Positions 5,344-12,281 of a stretch of 12,281 bases of DNA are shown one piece after another. The DNA is from a bacterium. GTDB lineage: Bacteria; Sysuimicrobiota; Sysuimicrobiia; Sysuimicrobiales; Humicultoraceae. The position numbers were made by a program, and so were the translations under genes. Position 1 is the first letter of the stretch, and each line of letters begins with the position of its first letter. Under the pieces are notes generated by a model. That model was given only the letters and a program-made list of their open reading frames with translations, searched no databases and was not told the origin of the DNA. The stretch covers positions 1 to 12,281 of the forward strand of contig JBGQGY010000112.1 in the NCBI GenBank assembly GCA_041497675.1, in the 5' to 3' direction.

Positions 5344-7848
5344 CTATTGCGGAACCCAGGCCAGCCCGACCGCGCGCACCGAGACGTCCAGCCGCTTGGG
5401 CTTCACCACGACGGTCTCCAGCTGATCGCTCACCGGATCGCCACCGCCTCCCATGGCGTCGGCTTCCGCCCTAAACTGCGCCTCCAGCTCGGCAATCTGC
5501 TCCTGGAGGGCCGCCACGTTCTCGCCCGCACGGGCCACGTCTGTCGTCTGCTTGTACGACCGGCCGACGCCGCGGGCCGTCGAGGTGGCCCTGGACAGCG
5601 TGCTGTAACTCAATCGTTTCCGTCCCATGAACGCGCTCAGGATCGTCGCACCAAATTCCACGGCGGTCTGCACCTTAGCCTGCTGTGCCTCCACCTGCTC
5701 GCGGTCGACCGTCTGCTGCGCGTGGCGGAGCCGCTCCTGCAGCGCGGCGATCTTCGGCGCGTACTTCTGACGAAGCCGGTCGCCGGCGCCGTCACGCTGC
5801 TCGCGCCCTGAGCCCTGGAGCCGGATGCGAAAATCGCGCTCCGTCTCGCCCGGCCTGGAAATCTCGCCCGACCGCGTGCGGAGCAACTCGAGTTGCTGCG
5901 TCTGCAACAGCCATCCCGCTATGTCTCTGGTCCAGGTGTCATACGATTTCGCCTTCGTGGCGGCGTCCGGCAGTTCGTCAAACGTGGCGGGCTGGACGGG
6001 TTGCGTCGACAGATCGGCCGGCGCCACCCCGGCTTCGGCGGCATGGTCCCAGTCGGTGGCCACTGCCCCAGATGCGAACGGCACCAGGACCGTCACGTCG
6101 CGGCTTTCACTGAGGCCGAGTTTCGCGTCCTGAAAACGTACCTGCGCCGCGCCGAACAGCATAGGGACGTAGCGCACCGGGGTCCGCTGGACGTCACCGG
6201 CGCGAATTGGGACGAAGAATTGGGACACGCCGGGGGAGAGCACCGGCCGCGTACTCGAACCGCGGGTGTCACGAGACGCCGGAGCGGCCGGGGCGACGAC
6301 CGGCGCCGGCGCCGGTGCCGGCGCGGCCGCAGCGCTCGCGGCGGCCGGCTGCGCGGTGTCGGCCGGCTGCGCAGCCTTGATCGGATCCATCAGCCTCTTG
6401 ATCCCCTCGCGTGTGACCGGTCCCCGCAGATACGACATCGCCCAGCGCGTCTCAAAGACGACGGGCGCATCTTCATGGACGTTGTGCAGCAGAAAGATCC
6501 GCTTCCCCAACCCGGCCAGCAGCGTATCCATGGCGCTGCGGTCGAACGACGCGCCGGTGCCTGCCGCGACACCTTCCAGGCCGTCGAGCACGCGCGCCTT
6601 GTCGCGGTCGGTCTGCAGCCGCCCCAGGAACCAGGTGCCAGTGTTGGAGAGACCCTTGTAATCGAGGTCCACCGGGTTCTGCGTGGCCAGCACGACGCCG
6701 AGGCCAAACGCGCGCGCCTGCTTGAGCAGCGTCAACAATGGAGGCTTCGACGGCGGGTTGGCCACCGGCGGGAAGAATCCGAATATCTCATCCATGTAGA
6801 GGATGGCGCGGAGGCTCGTGGTGCCCTCCTGCCCGCGCATCCAACCGAGCACCTGGTTGAGCAGCAGCGAGACAAACGACATCCGCTCCGCGTCGCCGAG
6901 GTGCGCGATCGAAAAGATCGCGACCCGCGGTTTGCCCGCCGCCGTGTAGAGAAACCGCCCGACATCCATCGGCTCGCCCTGCATCCACAATTCGAACCCC
7001 GGTGCCGCCAGCAAGTTGTTGAGGCGCATGGCGAGTTCAAACCGCTCGGTCGATGGGAAAAACGATTCCAGATCGAGGACGCCGACCCGCGCCACCGGCG
7101 GCGTCTGGATCGCGTGGATCAACCCGGTCAGATCCAGGTCCTGTCCCGCGCGCCAGGCAGCGCCAAGGATCGTCGAGATCAGGATGTGCTCGCGGCTGCG
7201 CACCGGATCGGCTTCGACGCCCAGGAGGGTCAAGAGGCTCGTGGCGGTCGTGCTCACGCGCTCGCTGAATGCCTCGGCGTCCTCGCGTGTGGAGACAGGA
7301 GGCGCCGCAAACGAACTGAGAATCGAGACCGGGATGCCGGCGTTGCTGCCCGGCGTGTAGATGACGAAATCGGCCGCGTCGCGCAGCCGCTGGATGCGCG
7401 CGCCGTCCTGTCCCCAGTCTGCCAGACCTCGCTTCCAGAGATCCGCCTGTTGCCGGGCGTATTCCTCGAGCGGGACCGCGGCCCGCCGCGCGTCATCGGG
7501 GTTCACCCACGGCTGAAAGTCCGCCGCCCGCAACGCGGGGAACGTCAGCAAGAGGTTGGTCAGGTCTCCTTTGGGATCGATCACGATGGCGGGGATCCCA
7601 TCGATGGCGGCCTCTTCCAGCAACCCGATGCACAGCCCGGTCTTGCCGCTCCCGGTCATCCCGACACAGACCGCGTGCGTGACCAGGTCGCGCGAGTCGT
7701 AGAGAAGCGCCCCTCCCGCAGACTGTTTGTCCTTCAGGTCGTAGGGCCGCCCCAGGTAGAGCACACCGAGCTTTTCGAAGTCGGCCGCGCTTGGCGGTCC
7801 GGCGGGTGTCTTGGCCGGTTTTGTCGTGCGCGATTGTCGAGCTGGCAC
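5344..7848 (-). CDS. Large HerA/FtsK/VirB4-superfamily P-loop ATPase (DUF87/DUF853-like) with C-terminal helical extension
   Basis: Walker A GMTGSGKT, IVIDPKGD, Walker B ILYMDEIFG, and the arginine-finger/sensor region KQARAFGLGVVLATQNP. GTG start with SD AGGAGGT that overlaps the mscL stop. 834 aa. Confidence 0.9.
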   Translation of the reverse strand: MPARQSRTTKPAKTPAGPPSAADFEKLGVLYLGRPYDLKDKQSAGGALLYDSRDLVTHAVCVGMTGSGKTGLCIGLLEEAAIDGIPAIVIDPKGDLTNLLLTFPALRAADFQPWVNPDDARRAAVPLEEYARQQADLWKRGLADWGQDGARIQRLRDAADFVIYTPGSNAGIPVSILSSFAAPPVSTREDAEAFSERVSTTATSLLTLLGVEADPVRSREHILISTILGAAWRAGQDLDLTGLIHAIQTPPVARVGVLDLESFFPSTERFELAMRLNNLLAAPGFELWMQGEPMDVGRFLYTAAGKPRVAIFSIAHLGDAERMSFVSLLLNQVLGWMRGQEGTTSLRAILYMDEIFGFFPPVANPPSKPPLLTLLKQARAFGLGVVLATQNPVDLDYKGLSNTGTWFLGRLQTDRDKARVLDGLEGVAAGTGASFDRSAMDTLLAGLGKRIFLLHNVHEDAPVVFETRWAMSYLRGPVTREGIKRLMDPIKAAQPADTAQPAAASAAAAPAPAPAPVVAPAAPASRDTRGSSTRPVLSPGVSQFFVPIRAGDVQRTPVRYVPMLFGAAQVRFQDAKLGLSESRDVTVLVPFASGAVATDWDHAAEAGVAPADLSTQPVQPATFDELPDAATKAKSYDTWTRDIAGWLLQTQQLELLRTRSGEISRPGETERDFRIRLQGSGREQRDGAGDRLRQKYAPKIAALQERLRHAQQTVDREQVEAQQAKVQTAVEFGATILSAFMGRKRLSYSTLSRATSTARGVGRSYKQTTDVARAGENVAALQEQIAELEAQFRAEADAMGGGGDPVSDQLETVVVKPKRLDVSVRAVGLAWVPQ
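6280..6375 (-). repeat. Ala/Pro-rich linker repeat inside the ATPase gene
   Basis: Encodes AAQPADTAQPAAASAAAAPAPAPAPVVAPAAP. There is a 13-bp direct repeat CGGCCGGCTGCGC at 6342-6354 and 6360-6372, plus tandem GCCGGY hexamers around 6301-6322. Confidence 0.7.
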
Positions 7849-7858
7849 GTGGGACCTC

Positions 7859-8296
7859 CTAGGCCGGTCGCAGTTCGGACGTGCAGTGCGGGCATCGGGT
7901 CGCCTTGCGTGAGACCGCCATCGTGCAGTAGGGGCAGTCGCGGGTGGTCGGGGCCGCGGCCGGTTCCGGGCGCTTCATCCGGTTCACCTGCTTGACGACG
8001 AGAAAGATCACAAACGAGATGATGACAAAGTTCAGCACGGTGTTGAGGAACGCCCCGTAGCCGATCACCGCCGCGCCGGCGTCCTTCGCAGCCTTGAGGC
8101 TCGGGTACGTCTGACCCGACAGGTTGATGAACAGGCTGCTGAAGTCTGTCTTGCCGAGCAGCAGCCCGATGGGGGGCATGATCACGTCGTTCACAAACGA
8201 GTTGACGATCGCCCCAAAGGCCGCGCCGATGATCACGCCGATCGCCAGGTCGAGTACGGACCCCCGCATGGCAAATTCCTTGAACTCCTTGAACAT
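7859..8296 (-). CDS. mscL: Large-conductance mechanosensitive channel MscL with C-terminal CxxC-x10-CxxC tail
   Basis: [44 protein letters not shown]...[14 protein letters not shown] is the MscL signature. Start moved to ATG 8296 (SD GGGAGGTGAGG at 8312-8302). 145 aa. Confidence 0.97.
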   Translation of the reverse strand: MFKEFKEFAMRGSVLDLAIGVIIGAAFGAIVNSFVNDVIMPPIGLLLGKTDFSSLFINLSGQTYPSLKAAKDAGAAVIGYGAFLNTVLNFVIISFVIFLVVKQVNRMKRPEPAAAPTTRDCPYCTMAVSRKATRCPHCTSELRPA

Positions 8297-8414
8297 GGAA
8301 GCCTCACCTCCCGCGTCTGGTGCAAGGTACTTCATACTGAGCTTGTCTCCTGCCCCCGAACAACGCCTGGGTCCGGCCGATAGAGAAGTCGGGAAGGTTC
8401 GTCATCTATTAGTC

Positions 8415-8444
8415 TGCAATGCATTAGGTTACAATGTAATGCAT
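8415..8444 (+). promoter_or_regulatory. TA operon promoter (-10 TACAAT) with overlapping RHH-type operator
   Basis: AT-rich patch with -10 TACAAT at 8430-8435, flanked by the inverted repeat ATGCATTA (8419-8426) / TAATGCAT (8437-8444). It can also be read as direct repeats TGCAATGCAT (8415-8424) and TGTAATGCAT (8435-8444). Confidence 0.75.
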
Positions 8445-8463
8445 GAAACGGAGGAATCGAGGA

Positions 8464-8733
8464 ATGGAACGTCAGCTGACCGTGCGCATCCCAGCATCGT
8501 TGTCCGAGCGACTGCTGCGGAAGGCTCGAGCCACGCGGCGGCGGCAGTCCGAGCTGGTCCGGCTGGCCTTGGAGGGGTTCCTCGAAAAGCCACGTCGAGC
8601 GCCTGTCACGCGCCCGATCGATCTCGTGCGAGACCTCATCGGAAGCGTCGACAGCGGTCTCCCGGATCTCGGCCAACGCCATAGGGAATATCTAATCGAA
8701 CGCCTGCGCCATGCGCGGCCCACTGATTCTTGA
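8464..8733 (+). CDS. vapB: Ribbon-helix-helix (CopG-like) antitoxin, VapB-type
   Basis: MERQLTVRIP...ERL...AR..RR.QSELVRLALE.FL is an RHH pattern, and the DLIGSVDSG.PDL...H.EYL tail is typical of PIN-associated antitoxins. SD GGAGGA at 8450-8455 supports ATG 8464; a leaderless start at 8443 is an alternative. Overlaps the PIN gene by 23 bp. Confidence 0.85.
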   Translation: MERQLTVRIPASLSERLLRKARATRRRQSELVRLALEGFLEKPRRAPVTRPIDLVRDLIGSVDSGLPDLGQRHREYLIERLRHARPTDS

Positions 8734-9127
8734 CACGGGCGCCCTGGTGGCGCTGGTTGACCGCAGCGAGCAACGGCACGCCGACTGCGCTGCCGTCCTG
8801 GAGCTCTGGACGGGACCAGTCGCCACGACAGAAGCCGTGTTGACTGAAACACTCCATCTGTTCAGGGCCATCAGCTGGCGGGCACAAAAGAACAGCATGG
8901 ACTTCTTTCTCCGCGGCGTGTTTGTACTCGTTCCGGCCTCGTCTTTCACATTGCACCGTGCGGCCGCGCTCATGGAACAGTACCGAGATCTCCCGATGGA
9001 CTATGCAGATGCCACGCTGGTTGCGCTCGCGGAAGAACTGCACGCGAATCAGGTCTTCACGCTTGACCGCAAGGGGTTTTCGGTTTATCGGCTCTACGGG
9101 AGGCAGGCAATCGAGGTGCTGCCTTAG
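8711..9127 (+). CDS. vapC: PIN-domain ribonuclease toxin, VapC-type
   Basis: Acidic PIN motifs LILDTGALVAL, TTEAVLTE, MDYADATLVALAE and VFTLDRKGF. 138 aa, directly downstream of the RHH gene. Confidence 0.93.
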   Translation: MRGPLILDTGALVALVDRSEQRHADCAAVLELWTGPVATTEAVLTETLHLFRAISWRAQKNSMDFFLRGVFVLVPASSFTLHRAAALMEQYRDLPMDYADATLVALAEELHANQVFTLDRKGFSVYRLYGRQAIEVLP

Positions 9128-9133
9128 GCGCCG

Positions 9134-11164
9134 CTAGGTGAGTTGTCCCGCCAAAGCGTCGGGGTCAGTCACGGGCAACTGACAGGCGAAGTTCTCGCAG
9201 ACGAACGCAGTCGCGTGACCGTCTATCGGGGTCCGGCCGGTGAGCAGCGGGATCGTGTCTTCGAACGTCCCGCCTACCGCCACGACCTGATTAGGACGGT
9301 AGCCGCCGCGCGCCACCCGCAGCAGCGCCAGCGTATCGGCGCCCGCCGGGTCCCCGACGATGGCGATCTCCTTGGGCCGGGCGAGCGCAAAGTCGAGCGC
9401 GCTCAACCACTGGGCAAAGGCCGTGGGGTACGTCGCCGGCAGCGGCTGCACCATGCGTAGCGCCCCTTCGGCCACCTCCCGGTAGCGGTTCTCACCGGTG
9501 AACGCCGCCAGCCGTAACAGGACGGTCGCGGCCATCGCGTTGCCGGACGGCGTGGCGCTGTCTTGAAGACTCTTTGGCCGCACCGGCAGCATCTCGTGGT
9601 CATCGCTGGTATCGAAGAGACCGCCCGCGGGATCCTCGAAGTGCGCGATCATCACGTCCGCGAGCCTCCACGCTTCGGTGAACCACCGCGGGTTGAAGTC
9701 GGCCTCGTAGAGCGCCAGCAGACCGTCGATGAAGCACGCGTAGTCTTCGAGATACGCATTGAGCTTCGCCCGCCCGCGCCGCCAGGTGCGCAGCAGGCGG
9801 CCCCCGGGCATCTGCATCTCGCGCAAGATGAAACTCGCGTTGGCTCGAGCCGCCGTGAGGTAGTCGGAGCGCTCGAAGATCCGCGCCGCGTCGGCCAGCG
9901 CCGCCAGCGCCATCCCGTTCCAGGCCGTGAGGACCTTGTCGTCCAGCCCGGGCTTGACGCGCGTGTTGCGGATGTCGCGCAATACAATCCGGGCGGCGGC
10001 GAGCCTCGTCTCGACCGATTCCACGGTTATCCCGCGATCGGCGGCCAGTGCCTGCGGGTCACGCGCCACGTGTAGGATGGTCTTACCTTCGAAGTTGCCT
10101 TCGTCGGTGACTCCGTACGCCTCGGCGAAGAGTTTCGCGTCGTCGCCCAGCGCGGCAAAGATCTCGTCGGCCGTCCAGACAAAGTACTTGCCCTCTTCGC
10201 CCTCCGAGTCGGCGTCGGTGCTGCTGTAGAGCCCGCCGGCGGGATCGGTCATCTCACGGATCAGATAGTCGAGTGTCTCTTCCGCGACGCGGCGACACAA
10301 CGGCGCGCCGGTCGCCTGCCAGGCGTGTGCGTAGACGCGCGCCAGCTGCGCGTTGTCGTAGAGCATCTTCTCAAAGTGCGGGACTAGCCAGACGGCGTCG
10401 GTGGCGTACCGGTGAAACCCGCCGCCGATCTGGTCGTAGATGCCGCCGTGCGCCATATGGGTGAGGGTTGACGATGCCATCGTGATCGCCGACTGCTCGC
10501 CGGCGCGCACGGAGGCCCGCAAGAGGAACTCGATGGTCATCGGTTGAGGAAACTTCGGCGCCCCACCCCATCCGCCGCGGGCGAGGTCGAATCCGCGCTC
10601 GAGGCGCCCCTCGGCAGCCTCGAGCGTGCTGATGGTCAGCGCGTCGTCACGGGTACCGGCCGCATTCTCGCGGCGGACCGCCTCGAGCAGTTCGGCCCCG
10701 GCGCGTTCGATGTCGACGCGTCGCTCGCGCCACGCCTTCGAGATGCCGATCAGGATCTGGGGAAACGACGGCATGCCGCCCCGCGGCTCGGGTGGGTAGT
10801 ACGTGCCGCCGAAAAACGGCGTGCCGGTCGGGGTCAGGAACACGCTCATCGGCCAGCCGCCCTGTCCGGTCATGGCGACGACCGCCTTCATGTACAGATC
10901 GTCGAGATCGGGGCGCTCCTCACGATCGACTTTGACACTGACGAAGTGCTCGTTCATAATCGCCGCGATCGCGGGGTTCTCAAACGACTCGTGTTCCATC
11001 ACGTGGCACCAGTGACAAGCGGCGTACCCGATGCTAAGAAAGATGGGTTTGTCTTCGGCCTTCGCCCGGCGGACTGCGTCCTCACCCCACGGGTACCAGT
11101 CGACCGGATTCTCGGCGTGTTGCAGCAGATACGGGCTGGTTTCGTTGACCAGACGGTTCGGCAT
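9134..11164 (-). CDS. yyaL: YyaL/SSP411/SPATA20-like protein (DUF255 thioredoxin-like domain plus six-hairpin (alpha/alpha)6 domain)
   Basis: Canonical N-terminus [27 protein letters not shown], then [53 protein letters not shown] and DDKVLTAWN. Start moved from 11347 to 11164 (676 aa); the longer start would overlap the divergent gene. Confidence 0.94.
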   Translation of the reverse strand: MPNRLVNETSPYLLQHAENPVDWYPWGEDAVRRAKAEDKPIFLSIGYAACHWCHVMEHESFENPAIAAIMNEHFVSVKVDREERPDLDDLYMKAVVAMTGQGGWPMSVFLTPTGTPFFGGTYYPPEPRGGMPSFPQILIGISKAWRERRVDIERAGAELLEAVRRENAAGTRDDALTISTLEAAEGRLERGFDLARGGWGGAPKFPQPMTIEFLLRASVRAGEQSAITMASSTLTHMAHGGIYDQIGGGFHRYATDAVWLVPHFEKMLYDNAQLARVYAHAWQATGAPLCRRVAEETLDYLIREMTDPAGGLYSSTDADSEGEEGKYFVWTADEIFAALGDDAKLFAEAYGVTDEGNFEGKTILHVARDPQALAADRGITVESVETRLAAARIVLRDIRNTRVKPGLDDKVLTAWNGMALAALADAARIFERSDYLTAARANASFILREMQMPGGRLLRTWRRGRAKLNAYLEDYACFIDGLLALYEADFNPRWFTEAWRLADVMIAHFEDPAGGLFDTSDDHEMLPVRPKSLQDSATPSGNAMAATVLLRLAAFTGENRYREVAEGALRMVQPLPATYPTAFAQWLSALDFALARPKEIAIVGDPAGADTLALLRVARGGYRPNQVVAVGGTFEDTIPLLTGRTPIDGHATAFVCENFACQLPVTDPDALAGQLT

Positions 11165-11173
11165 GACATCCCG

Positions 11174-11183
11174 ATTGTACAAT
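11174..11183. promoter_or_regulatory. Perfect palindrome ATTGTACAAT, giving a TACAAT -10 hexamer on both strands
   Basis: Lies in the 79-bp divergent gap. The minus-strand TACAAT is 9 nt upstream of the SD-less yyaL ATG, and the plus-strand TACAAT (11178-11183) points to the gene at 11244. Confidence 0.55.
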
Positions 11184-11243
11184 GGAGACCCTGAGCAGGG
11201 AGTAAGATTGCGCGGCAGGAATTGACCGTGTGAGGTGAGGACG

Positions 11244-12281
11244 ATGCTCAAGAGGATCACCGCCGGCATCCTGTTTCTGTTCGTCGCGGTGCCGCTCGTG
11301 CAGGGGGGTCCCGCCCCGACGCGCGAAGGCGGCGAGGTCACCGCCATCTACCGCGCCGGCAACGTCGAGAGCCTCGATCCCCCCAGCGCCAGCGCCGGCA
11401 CCGACTGGCGCATGGCCGGGCTGATCCTCTACAACACCCTCTACCGCTACGACAGCGGCGGCAAGCTCGTCCCCGACCTCGCCGAGAGCATACCGACCCT
11501 CAGCCCCAACGCCAAGATCTATACCGTTCGAATCCGCAAGGGTGTCTTGTTCCACAACGGCCGAGAAGTGAAAGCCGCGGACGTCAAGTTCTCGCTCGAG
11601 CGCCAGGCGCACCCCACCGCCCGGTCGTGGGGTCCGTCGTTTGCGTCCAACATCGTCGGCGCCAAGGACGTCATCGCCGGCAAGGCAACGCAGATGGCGG
11701 GCATCGAGGTCGTCGACGACTACACGGTCCGTATGACGCTCGAACAGCCGCAGGCGGCGTTTACGGCCATCCTGTCGATGTCGATCAACGGGATCATCCC
11801 GAAAGAAGAAGTGCAACGCTATGGGGATGACTTCCGCCTGCACCCCGTCGGTACCGGGCCGTTCAAACTCGAGCGCTGGACGCCTGGACAAGAGATCGTC
11901 TTCGTCAAGAACACGAAGTACTTCCGGCCAGCCGCCCCGCACCTCGAGCGGATCGTCTACAAGTTTGGCGTCGAGCCCAGCGTCGGACTGCTCCGCTTCG
12001 AACGCGGCGAAGTCGACTATCTCGCCGACGGTCTGGCCGGTCAGGACATCCCGCGGGTGCGCGCAGATGCGAAGCTGAGCCAGCAGATCTTTGTCGCCGA
12101 CAACGTTTATCTGTCGTTCTTGCTGATGAACACCGAGGCGCCGCCGTTCAACGACGTGCGCGTGCGGCGCGCCGTTGCGATGATGGTGGACCGCAGCCGG
12201 CTGGTGCAGGTGGCCGGCGGGTTGGGCATCCCGGCCACGGGTTACATCCTCCCACAGGTCTCTTGCTATGACGCGAACGGG
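11244..12281 (+). CDS. ABC transporter substrate-binding protein, family 5 (partial, runs off the window end)
   Basis: Absent from the ORF track because no stop falls in the window. Hand translation from ATG 11244 (SD GAGGTGAGG at 11232-11240) gives [21 protein letters not shown]...SLDP...LVPDLAES...[21 protein letters not shown]...PVGTGPFKL...[14 protein letters not shown], open for 346 codons. Confidence 0.93.
   Translation, partial: MLKRITAGILFLFVAVPLVQGGPAPTREGGEVTAIYRAGNVESLDPPSASAGTDWRMAGLILYNTLYRYDSGGKLVPDLAESIPTLSPNAKIYTVRIRKGVLFHNGREVKAADVKFSLERQAHPTARSWGPSFASNIVGAKDVIAGKATQMAGIEVVDDYTVRMTLEQPQAAFTAILSMSINGIIPKEEVQRYGDDFRLHPVGTGPFKLERWTPGQEIVFVKNTKYFRPAAPHLERIVYKFGVEPSVGLLRFERGEVDYLADGLAGQDIPRVRADAKLSQQIFVADNVYLSFLLMNTEAPPFNDVRVRRAVAMMVDRSRLVQVAGGLGIPATGYILPQVSCYDANG

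Noticed and set aside
6280..6375. CRISPR-like or mobile-element repeat
   Set aside because: The repeats are short, in frame, and encode an Ala/Pro linker; there is no repeat-spacer periodicity.
5893..7995. 700-aa plus-strand ORF antisense to the ATPase and mscL
   Set aside because: Arg/Gly-rich with no recognisable motifs. It is the typical stop-poor shadow frame of a high-GC gene, and the opposite strand carries clear conserved proteins.
5344..9127. HerA-based anti-phage system (e.g. Sir2-HerA) or conjugative element including the PIN toxin
   Set aside because: No Sir2, nuclease, relaxase or T4SS partner is present. The PIN gene has its own antitoxin and promoter on the opposite strand, and mscL lies in between.
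11165..11347. 61-aa N-terminal extension of yyaL given in the ORF track
   Set aside because: Overlaps the divergent gene and its SD; family similarity begins at MPNRL (11164).
11082..11942. 286-aa minus-strand ORF
   Set aside because: Antisense shadow of the real plus-strand binding-protein gene starting at 11244, which the track missed.

Overview
High-GC bacterial chromosomal window, densely coding, with no rRNA, tRNA, CRISPR, integrase or transposase visible. In order it holds: a small ORF resembling a stand-alone CDC48/p97 N-domain second subdomain; a receiver-only response regulator that stops where a GGDEF domain would normally begin; a minus-strand pair (family-5 ABC substrate-binding protein plus alpha/beta hydrolase) divergent from an atypical PA-domain M28 metallohydrolase; a minus-strand pair (Cys4-tailed mscL tightly coupled to a large HerA/FtsK-superfamily ATPase); an RHH-PIN vapBC-type toxin-antitoxin module with a clear operator/promoter; a YyaL/SPATA20-like thioredoxin plus (alpha/alpha)6 protein; and a second family-5 binding protein that runs off the right edge and is missing from the ORF track. 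Several track starts were moved to downstream starts with better ribosome-binding sites. The most interesting signals are a putative RNA switch that hides the SD of the first binding-protein gene, the mscL-ATPase coupling, the M28 lacking its catalytic EE motif, and two orphan-domain genes at the left end. All calls come from motif recognition by eye; no searches or folding programs were run.
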